Below are positions 8,315-15,241 of a stretch of 36,020 nucleotides of DNA, piece after piece. Both the position numbers and the translations under genes were made by a program. The notes below the pieces were generated by a model. That model saw only the letters and a list, made by a program, of their open reading frames with translations. It was not told the DNA's origin and did no database searches. Origin of the DNA: an uncultured Candidatus Saccharibacteria bacterium (lineage in GTDB: Bacteria; Patescibacteriota; Minisyncoccia; Phycocordibacterales; UBA5272). The stretch's first letter is position 1. Each line of letters starts with the position of its first letter. Where the stretch lies: assembly GCA_964538815.1 (NCBI GenBank), contig CAZIHL010000004.1:3122-39141 (forward strand). The letters are read 5' to 3'.

Positions 8315-8788
8315 ATGAGTACAGAAATAATTAAAGAATTAAGAGAAGAAACAGGTCTTTCTCTTGCTGAAATAAAAAAAGCATTAGAATTTGCAGATGG
8401 AGATAAAACTAAAGCTTTAGAGATTCTTTTTGAAAAAGCAAAAGAAGTAGCCGCTAAAAAAGGTGAAAGAGAGCTTGGTGCTGGTGTTGTAGGAGTATAT
8501 ATATATGGCGGTGGAACCGCAGCTGCAATGGTGGAGCTTATGTGTGAGACAGATTTTGTGGCTAAAAATGAAGAATTTAAAGCTCTTGCGAATGATATAG
8601 CATTTCATATTGTAGCTATGAATCCTACTTCCATAAATAATGAAAATGGAGAAAGTGAAGATACAGCATTACTTAAGCAATCTTTTATAAAAGATCCTTC
8701 ACAAACTATTGAACAAAAAATAGAAGCTGCGATACAAAAATTTGGCGAAAATACACAAATAAGAAAGTTTGTTAGATATAGTATCTAG
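8315..8788 (+). CDS. tsf: Translation elongation factor Ts (short form, 157 aa)
   Basis: N-terminal UBA-like LREETGLSLAEIKKALEFADGD and the core MCETDFVAKNEEF motif. It follows rpsB. Confidence 0.85.
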   Translation: MSTEIIKELREETGLSLAEIKKALEFADGDKTKALEILFEKAKEVAAKKGERELGAGVVGVYIYGGGTAAAMVELMCETDFVAKNEEFKALANDIAFHIVAMNPTSINNENGESEDTALLKQSFIKDPSQTIEQKIEAAIQKFGENTQIRKFVRYSI

Positions 8789-8796
8789 CTAAAATT

Positions 8797-8816
8797 ACGA
8801 AGACTAAAGTCTTCGT
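8797..8816 (+). terminator. Hairpin ACGAAGACT-aa-AGTCTTCGT followed by TCTTT
   Basis: Perfect 9-bp stem immediately after tsf. Confidence 0.6.
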
Positions 8817-8827
8817 TCTTTAATTAT

Positions 8828-9244
8828 ATGCAAATTTTTATATACATTACAATCTCAATATTATTTTTTATAATATCTTTTCTTATTGTAAGAGTTAGAA
8901 TGTCATATTTAAATACATATCCAGAAAAATATAATCCATCATATGATGGTCATGAAGTATTTTTAAATAAATTTTTTGCTATTATCAGAATCTTTATAAG
9001 AAGATTTTATGCGGGCTTAAAAATAGTATATAGGAATATATTGCATTGGTGGGTAATGCTTGTAGCAAAAGTATCTACTTATTCTGATAAAATTTATGCA
9101 AAGAGTAGAAATAAATTTATGGAAGAAGTAGTAAAAGATAAAAGAGCTGTACCTCATTTTTGGAATCATCTTAAAAAATACAAAAGAGAAATAGATGAAG
9201 AAAATGAAATAAAAAAAGAAGAAGAATCCGGAAAAGAAATATAA
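8828..9244 (+). CDS. Hypothetical membrane-anchored protein
   Basis: 138-aa ORF with an N-terminal TM helix and a charged C-terminus. No family recognised. Confidence 0.45.
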   Translation: MQIFIYITISILFFIISFLIVRVRMSYLNTYPEKYNPSYDGHEVFLNKFFAIIRIFIRRFYAGLKIVYRNILHWWVMLVAKVSTYSDKIYAKSRNKFMEEVVKDKRAVPHFWNHLKKYKREIDEENEIKKEEESGKEI

Positions 9245-9250
9245 AAATAT

Positions 9251-9278
9251 TTGAAAAAAGTATTTTTTATGATATAAT
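9251..9278 (+). promoter_or_regulatory. Promoter TTGAAA-16 nt-TATAAT with TGa extension
   Basis: TTGAAA at 9251-9256 and TGaTATAAT at 9270-9278, 24 nt upstream of the pseudo-tRNA module. Confidence 0.55.
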
Positions 9279-9301
9279 TAGAAGATAAGGTTAAAGATAT
9301 T

Positions 9302-9410
9302 GCCACTTTAGCTCAGTTGGCATGAGCGTAGCGAGATTGTATACTGACAACGGTTTACAAAACCTACGATAGTTTTTGAAAAAGAGCTGTAAAATTACCA
9401 AGTAAATATT
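9302..9410 (+). other. Chimeric pseudo-tRNA module: first 20 nt of tRNA-Thr, shared linker, altered anticodon-arm hairpin, T-run, spacer
   Basis: 9302-9321 is identical to 9411-9430. It then diverges in the D-loop into CATGAGCGTAGCGAGATTGTATACTGACA, followed by ACGGTTTACAAAACC (tRNA has ACGGTTTTGTAAACCGT) and TTTTTGAAAAAGAGCTG. There is no T-arm and no 3' acceptor strand. Confidence 0.8.
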
Positions 9411-9486
9411 GCCACTTTAGCTCAGTTGGTAGAGCAACGGTTTTGTAAACCGTAGGTCGTCAGTTCGAGCCTGACAAGTGGCTCCA
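9411..9486 (+). tRNA. tRNA-Thr (anticodon TGT), CCA encoded
   Basis: Manual cloverleaf: GCCACTT/AAGTGGC acceptor, GCTC/GAGC D-stem, ACGGT-TTTGTAA-ACCGT anticodon arm, GTCAG-TTCGAGC-CTGAC T-arm, T-CCA. Confidence 0.95.
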
Positions 9487-9491
9487 AGCAT

Positions 9492-9532
9492 AAAAATACT
9501 GGGTGGTGCCGAAGGCATCACCCAGTATTTTT
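9492..9532. terminator. Long bidirectional terminator hairpin with a GCC-GAA-GGC apex
   Basis: AAAAATACTGGGTGGTGCC-gaa-GGCATCACCCAGTATTTTT is a ~19-bp stem flanked by A and T runs. It lies between tRNA-Thr and a convergent CDS. Confidence 0.85.
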
Positions 9533-9577
9533 AATATTCTTATTTCGCAAGCTTATTTTTTATGATATTTTTTTATC

Positions 9578-10315
9578 TTATTTCTTTGTTGTAGTTGGAT
9601 TATTTACTGTACTTGTCGATGTCGTTGCATTTTTTGCTGCTTCTTCTGCTTTGATTCTTTCTTCAGCATATTTTTCTAGATCTGGTAGGGCTAATTTAAT
9701 CTCATTTTCATCTTTAAATCCAGTATACAGCTTATCGTCCATATATAATGCCGGAAGATTTCTATCATCAACTTTGAAAAGTTTAATCAAAGTTTGTAAG
9801 GCAGAAAGATCAAGATTATAATCAAAAGAATAAACACGAAGTTCTGGATACTCATCACGTAATTTACTTAATACTGCAGATTGTTTTACACAATTTGAGC
9901 AATTTTCAAGAGTTGTATAAAAATAGAATATTGGCACAACGGGAACTTTACATTTTGTTTTTATTTGTTGCATTATTAAATAATCTTTAATTTGAAGTAG
10001 TGTATAGTATTTTTTAAGATCTTTAACTTCATCTGTTTTATTAATATTTTGCTCACTATATGATATTTTCTCTGCTAAATTATTTAATTCAGGAGAAAGT
10101 GTAGAGACAGACACATCTTTACAAGAAAATCCTTGAAGTAATTGGAATTGTGTTTCAGAGCTCATTAAATCAATAGATACTTTATCTTGTATGTTTTTTA
10201 TGTCACTCAATTTTCTGTCATTCATAAATGAAGAAAGCCAAACAGCAGTTAAAAAAATAGTAAAAGTTATTAAAAATACAGCTATATAGCGAACCCAATC
10301 TTTTTGTGACATCAT
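9578..10315 (-). CDS. Membrane-anchored thioredoxin-fold protein (CxxC = CSNC)
   Basis: N-terminal TM helix. VPIFYFYTTLENCSNCVKQSAVLSKL...LPALYMDDKLYTGF fits a thioredoxin/DsbA-like beta-alpha-beta CxxC pattern. Thr/Ser-rich tail. Confidence 0.5.
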   Translation of the reverse strand: MMSQKDWVRYIAVFLITFTIFLTAVWLSSFMNDRKLSDIKNIQDKVSIDLMSSETQFQLLQGFSCKDVSVSTLSPELNNLAEKISYSEQNINKTDEVKDLKKYYTLLQIKDYLIMQQIKTKCKVPVVPIFYFYTTLENCSNCVKQSAVLSKLRDEYPELRVYSFDYNLDLSALQTLIKLFKVDDRNLPALYMDDKLYTGFKDENEIKLALPDLEKYAEERIKAEEAAKNATTSTSTVNNPTTTKK

Positions 10316-10352
10316 ATTTTTATTTTAAGTATAAATTTATTATAGCAAAAAT

Positions 10353-11633
10353 CTATCTACTATCAATCTCAGCTGTCCAACTAGGCTCATAATTTCTAAG
10401 AGCATTAATTACAGCTTTTAATAACCAAAATGGAGCTACTATAGCATATATAATAAAAAACCAGATAATACTCAAATCAAATTTCATTTTTCCGTGTAAT
10501 ATTCTATGTCCCATATATAATGAAAAAAATACAGAAGCATATATAAAAATAGAAATAAACATAATAGCAGAAGTGTTTATAAAAAATGGATCCATATTAA
10601 ATTTATAATTTTTAAAATTAAAACCTATAGCTGACAATATTAAAGATTTATTATTTAAATAATTAATTAAGTTAAAAATTACAAAACAAAAAAGGAATAA
10701 AACAGATATTACTGACACGAAACCAGAAGGTAAAGTTATAAAGCCAACATTTCCATATTTTTTCTTAAAAAACAAATGTTTATAATCCAAAGCATTTCTT
10801 ATAAATCCATATATCCATCTCGATCTTTGTTTGTATAAAGCTTTTACAGTTTTTGGGGTATTAGTAAAAACATACGCGTCAGGAGCGTGATCTATTTTCA
10901 TGTGATTATGTTGCATACGTAATGCAATTTCTTGATCTTCTGTTGTGTGAGCATGTCTATACGGACCTATTTTATCAAAAACTTCTTTCCTAAAAATTGA
11001 AAATGGGCCAGGGGTAACATGTATTGCATTTACAAAACTAAGCATTTTTTTAATATATATTTGAAGCTCATAGTCAGCTTTTTGGGCTCTTTGTATAATA
11101 TTATTTTCAGTATTAGAAATAATAGTGGGAGCTACAGCCATAATAGTTGTATCTTCTATAAAATAACTCATTATTCTATTTAATGCTTCAGTATCAACCA
11201 TAGAGTCAGAGTCTAGACACCCCAAAAATGGAGTGGTTGTGTGTTCTAATCCTAGATTTTGTGCTGTGTATTTTCCTCCATTTGGTTTTGTAAATATTTT
11301 TATTTGTGAATGTCCCTCATATCTTTTCATTACTTCCCAAGTCTTACCATTATCAGTACTTCCATCATCTACTAAAATTAAAAATAATTTATTTTTTGGA
11401 TAATTTAATTTCAAAAGTGATTCAACAGTTTTAGATACATTTTCTCCTTCATTATAAGCCGGTATTGTTATGGTTACTCCAGGGTAATCCTCATCTTTTT
11501 CAAAAAGTTTAATTGCTTTTCTTCTTATTTTTAAATTTTTATAATTTTCTAAAAATATAATTAAAAAGTATATTTGTACATATAAAGACAAAAAACTGAA
11601 GCAGTAAAATATAATTTCAAATATTTTTTGCAT
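10353..11633 (-). CDS. Processive family-2 glycosyltransferase (PgaC/NodC/cellulose-synthase-like)
   Basis: N-terminal TM, VDDGSTD, DSDS, the QRSRW (QxxRW) motif, and C-terminal multi-TM region. Confidence 0.85.
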   Translation of the reverse strand: MQKIFEIIFYCFSFLSLYVQIYFLIIFLENYKNLKIRRKAIKLFEKDEDYPGVTITIPAYNEGENVSKTVESLLKLNYPKNKLFLILVDDGSTDNGKTWEVMKRYEGHSQIKIFTKPNGGKYTAQNLGLEHTTTPFLGCLDSDSMVDTEALNRIMSYFIEDTTIMAVAPTIISNTENNIIQRAQKADYELQIYIKKMLSFVNAIHVTPGPFSIFRKEVFDKIGPYRHAHTTEDQEIALRMQHNHMKIDHAPDAYVFTNTPKTVKALYKQRSRWIYGFIRNALDYKHLFFKKKYGNVGFITLPSGFVSVISVLFLFCFVIFNLINYLNNKSLILSAIGFNFKNYKFNMDPFFINTSAIMFISIFIYASVFFSLYMGHRILHGKMKFDLSIIWFFIIYAIVAPFWLLKAVINALRNYEPSWTAEIDSR

Positions 11634-11676
11634 AAATTAGATAATAAATAGAGTTGTTTCTGGTTTAGATTTATAT

Positions 11677-11685
11677 ATTTTAGCA
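11677..11685 (-). promoter_or_regulatory. Extended -10 element TGcTAAAAT (minus strand)
   Basis: Reverse complement of attttagca, 43 nt upstream of the GT2 start. Confidence 0.4.
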
Positions 11686-11715
11686 TATTTTTGACTTATT
11701 AAAAATAAGACTTTA

Positions 11716-11724
11716 TGATATACT
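11716..11724 (+). promoter_or_regulatory. Extended -10 element TGaTATACT
   Basis: 13 nt upstream of the pheS ATG. Confidence 0.45.
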
Positions 11725-11737
11725 TTTATTAAAAATT

Positions 11738-12538
11738 ATGGAAAATATTGATATTAATATTGAAAATAAAGGACATTCACATCCAATCACTATTTTAATA
11801 GACAAGATAATAAATATTTTTACCAAAATGGGTTTTGATGTTGCAGACGGGAGAGAGCTCGAAAGAGAATGGTTTAATTTTGACGCACTCAATGTTCCTA
11901 AAGATCATCCATCTCGCGATATGCAAGATACATTTTTCTTAAAATTGAAAGAGAATGATATGACTGGTAAAGCAGTTTTAAGAACTCATACATCAAGTGT
12001 GCAGATTAGATATATGACAGAAAAGATGCAAGAGATTAAAGATGAAAAATTAAAAGAAGATGATACTTTTCCAATTGCAATAATTTGTCCTGGGAAGGTG
12101 TATAGAAATGAAGCAACAGATGCAACTCATGAAGCACAATTTCATCAAGTTGAAGGACTGCTTGTGGGTGAAAATATTTCTATGGCCAATTTAAAAGCGG
12201 TACTTGAAAAATTTTTCTCAGAATTCTTTTTCAAAAATATTGATATCTTATTCCGATCATCATACTTTCCTTTTGTTGAGCCGGGTCTTGAAGTTGCAAT
12301 GAAATGTTTTAAATGTGATGGAAAAGGTTGTAATATTTGTAAAAATACAGGATATATTGAGATAATGGGAGCAGGAATGGTGCATCCAAAAGTTTTAGAA
12401 AATTGTGGGATAGATTCACGCAAATATTCTGGTTTTGCTTTTGGTTGTGGAATAGATAGGCTTGCAATGCTCAAATATGGTCTAGACGATATTCGTTTAC
12501 TCTACAATGGAGATTTACGAGTTATAAATCAGTTTTAA
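11738..12538 (+). CDS. pheS: Phenylalanine--tRNA ligase alpha subunit (short, lacks the N-terminal coiled coil)
   Basis: HPITILIDKI, DHPSRDMQDTFF, LRTHTSSVQIR, class II motifs and the CxxC..CxxC knuckle (KCFKCDGKGCNICKNTGYIEIMGAGMVHP). Confidence 0.95.
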   Translation: MENIDINIENKGHSHPITILIDKIINIFTKMGFDVADGRELEREWFNFDALNVPKDHPSRDMQDTFFLKLKENDMTGKAVLRTHTSSVQIRYMTEKMQEIKDEKLKEDDTFPIAIICPGKVYRNEATDATHEAQFHQVEGLLVGENISMANLKAVLEKFFSEFFFKNIDILFRSSYFPFVEPGLEVAMKCFKCDGKGCNICKNTGYIEIMGAGMVHPKVLENCGIDSRKYSGFAFGCGIDRLAMLKYGLDDIRLLYNGDLRVINQF

Positions 12539-12544
12539 AAATTT

Positions 12545-12646
12545 ATGACACAAATTATTTATATTTTAACAAATGAATCAATGCCAGATCTTATAAAGAT
12601 TGGTATGACTGATGAGAGAAGAAGAAAGATTGAAGAATTAGAATAA
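12545..12646 (+). pseudogene. 33-codon remnant of a GIY-YIG-like T5orf172/MUG113-type gene
   Basis: MTQIIYILTNESMPDLIKIGMTDERRRKIEELE* matches the characteristic N-terminus (IYILTN..MP.L.KIG.T) of that family, then stops 7 nt before pheT. Confidence 0.4.
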
Positions 12647-12653
12647 TAAATTT

Positions 12654-15149
12654 ATGAAATATTTACACAGCTGGTTACAAGAATATGTTGAAGACAAAAT
12701 TCCAAAAGGAGAGGACTTTGTAAAAGGTGTTTCAACTGATGCTTTTGAAGTGGAAGAATATTTGGAAATAGAAAATAAAATAAATAAAGAAAAAACAGAC
12801 TGGGTTTACGATTTAAACGTTTTACCAAATCGTAGCCATGACGCACTTTCACATTATTATATGGCGAAAGAAATTGCTACTATTTTTAATTTAAAATTAA
12901 AAGATTTAAATTTATTGAGTAGTGAATGGAAAAAAGATTTTAAAATTAAAAAAAATAATGAGGATTTTATAAAAATAAGTGATACAAAATCTTGCAGTAG
13001 ATTTATGGGTGTAAAAGTGAATGGGGTAGCCGTGAAAGAAAGTCCAGAATTTATAAAATACCGCTTAGAAGCAATAGGACAAAAAAGTATAAATAATATT
13101 GTAGATATTACAAATTACATACAATTTTCTTTTAATAAACCAATGCATGCGTACGATGGTGATTTAGTCTCAGGATTCTTAGAAGCAAGATTGGCAAGAC
13201 CGGCAGAACCAATAGATTTGTTAGAACATAAAGCAAATATTAGAGGAGGATTAGAAGTAAACAAAAGTGAAACTAAATTATTGGATGATAAAACTCTCGT
13301 AATCGCTGATGAGAAAAATGTTTTAGCGCTTGCGGGGATAAAAGGCGGTAAATTTTCTGGTATTACCGAGAATACAAAAAATATAATAGTAGAAAGTGCA
13401 AATTTTAATTCAAATTTAATAAGAAAGACTTCTCAAAAGTATAATTTAAAAACAGATTCTAGTAAAAGATTTGAAAATGGTATAGCTGATGATCTAGTAG
13501 AAATTGGACTGATTGAAACTTTAAAACTTTTAAAAGATTTTGCTGATGCTGGTAATATTGAGATAGGCGAAATAGTAGATAATTTTCCAAATGAGAAATT
13601 AAGCGAGTGGAAATATAAAGTATCTGTTTCTATGTCAGAAATAAATAAAGTTTTAGGAACTAATTTAAATAAAGACCAAGTAGAAAATATTTTTGAAAGA
13701 TTTGGATTTAAATATAAATATATTTCTACAAAAGAAAATATTGAAAATTTAATAAAAGAAGTAATTGGAAAACCATATAAAAACCCAAGTAGCATGAGAG
13801 CTGACGCACCGAACGCTTTTTCATGCTCTTCTTTAATTTCATATTTATATGAAGGAGTGTATATGCCATCTATATCGATAGATAAATATTTGTATACAAA
13901 AGATAAAAGTATAGAAAAAGACAATTTAAAATTTGGTGATTTGGTATTTTCGACTGGTGATGGAAAAGTTTATCTTGAGGGAGTTGAGTATAAAAGAGGT
14001 GAGAAGGTGGAAGGTGGAGTCGATCATCTTGGTATTTATGTAGGCGATGGAAAAATTTTACATTCTTCAAGATATTTAGAAAAGGGTACAGAGATAGAAT
14101 CATTTGAAGATTTTATAGAGAAAAAGAATGGAGAAGGTGAAAGAAAAATTGTAGGATATGGAAGAGTCTTAGAAAGTCTTGATGAAGAGAGATTTGTAGT
14201 AGAAATCCCAGCTGAAAGATTGGATTTAAGAATAAAAGAAGATATTATTGAAGAAGTTGGCAGAATATACGGATTAAATAATATTAAAAGCATATTACCA
14301 ATAATAAATAAAAAACCAAGCCAGAATAAAGATTTAATAGAAGAATATATTATTAAAAATATTTTATTAGAAAACGGATTTAATGAGGTAATGAATTATT
14401 CATTACGAAATAAGGGAGATATACAAATAATAAAATCTGTAGCTCAAGATAAAAATTATTTAAGAAATAATCTTTCAGACGGAATTCAAGAAACCATACA
14501 AAAAAATATTTTCAATATGCCACTTTTAAATATTAATGAAATTAAAGTATTTGAATTTGGTAATTGTTTTAAATTAAATGAAAATGGAGAAGAGATTGAA
14601 TGGAGAAGTTTATGTATTGGTATAGATGATGGAAAGAAAAATAAAAATTATACGGATTTAAAAAATAAAATATTATCAGAAATAAAAGAAAAGTTAGTAT
14701 TAGAAAGTATAGATTTTATAGAACATAAAAACGAAAAACAAAAAGAAAATAGATTTGAAATCAATCTTACAAAATTGTTAAATCAAACTAGGAAATCTAT
14801 TTTGAAAACAGATGATTTTATTTTTCCAATAAGGATCGATAGTATTGATTTTAAATATAAATCTTTTGCGTCAACCCCTTTTATAGTCCGCGATATTGCT
14901 TGTTGGGTAAATGGAAGCACAAATGAAGAAGATATAGAAAAAATAATCAGAGAAAATATTTCACCACTTTGTATAAAATTAAATTTGTTTGATAAATTTG
15001 AAAAAGAAATAGATGGAGTTAAAAAGAAATCTTTTGCATTTAGACTTATTTATCAGGATAAAGAAAGAACATTAACTGACGAAGAGGTAAATATTGAAGC
15101 AGATAGGATTTATAAGGCTTTGGAAGAGAGAGGTTATGAAATAAGGTAA
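12654..15149 (+). CDS. pheT: Phenylalanine--tRNA ligase beta subunit with an NlpC/P60-like insertion
   Basis: B3_4 motifs (INNIVDITNYIQFSFNKPMHAYD), the B5 start (VSMSEINKVLGTNL) and the B5 end (IPAERLDLRIKEDIIEEVGRIYGL), plus a C-terminal FDX-ACB-like domain. The ~155-aa insert contains NAFSCSS...HLGIYVGDGKILHSS. Confidence 0.9.
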   Translation: MKYLHSWLQEYVEDKIPKGEDFVKGVSTDAFEVEEYLEIENKINKEKTDWVYDLNVLPNRSHDALSHYYMAKEIATIFNLKLKDLNLLSSEWKKDFKIKKNNEDFIKISDTKSCSRFMGVKVNGVAVKESPEFIKYRLEAIGQKSINNIVDITNYIQFSFNKPMHAYDGDLVSGFLEARLARPAEPIDLLEHKANIRGGLEVNKSETKLLDDKTLVIADEKNVLALAGIKGGKFSGITENTKNIIVESANFNSNLIRKTSQKYNLKTDSSKRFENGIADDLVEIGLIETLKLLKDFADAGNIEIGEIVDNFPNEKLSEWKYKVSVSMSEINKVLGTNLNKDQVENIFERFGFKYKYISTKENIENLIKEVIGKPYKNPSSMRADAPNAFSCSSLISYLYEGVYMPSISIDKYLYTKDKSIEKDNLKFGDLVFSTGDGKVYLEGVEYKRGEKVEGGVDHLGIYVGDGKILHSSRYLEKGTEIESFEDFIEKKNGEGERKIVGYGRVLESLDEERFVVEIPAERLDLRIKEDIIEEVGRIYGLNNIKSILPIINKKPSQNKDLIEEYIIKNILLENGFNEVMNYSLRNKGDIQIIKSVAQDKNYLRNNLSDGIQETIQKNIFNMPLLNINEIKVFEFGNCFKLNENGEEIEWRSLCIGIDDGKKNKNYTDLKNKILSEIKEKLVLESIDFIEHKNEKQKENRFEINLTKLLNQTRKSILKTDDFIFPIRIDSIDFKYKSFASTPFIVRDIACWVNGSTNEEDIEKIIRENISPLCIKLNLFDKFEKEIDGVKKKSFAFRLIYQDKERTLTDEEVNIEADRIYKALEERGYEIR

Positions 15150-15188
15150 AAATACTGGGTGTCGCTGAAGGTGTGGTCTCGTATTTTT
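15150..15188 (+). terminator. Degenerate copy of the 9492-9532 hairpin (AAATACTGGGTG...GAAGG...TATTTTT)
   Basis: It shares the 5' arm AAATACTGGGTG and the GAAGG apex with the tRNA-Thr terminator. The 3' arm is partly mismatched or wobble-paired, and TATTTTT follows. Confidence 0.5.
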
Positions 15189-15201
15189 AAACTTTTTAAA
15201 A

Positions 15202-15210
15202 TGGTATAAT
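15202..15210 (+). promoter_or_regulatory. Extended -10 element TGgTATAAT
   Basis: 32 nt upstream of the ATG at 15242. Confidence 0.5.
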
Positions 15211-15241
15211 AAAAATATTATAAAATAATTAAAATAAATAT

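Noticed and set aside
9245-9577. Prophage or integrative element inserted at tRNA-Thr, and likewise at tRNA-Asn.
   Set aside because: The duplicated tRNA part is the 5' end, not the usual 3' end. The copies are only ~110 nt apart, and no integrase, recombinase or cargo genes are present. Only a miniature or non-autonomous element remains conceivable, and that is treated as a finding.
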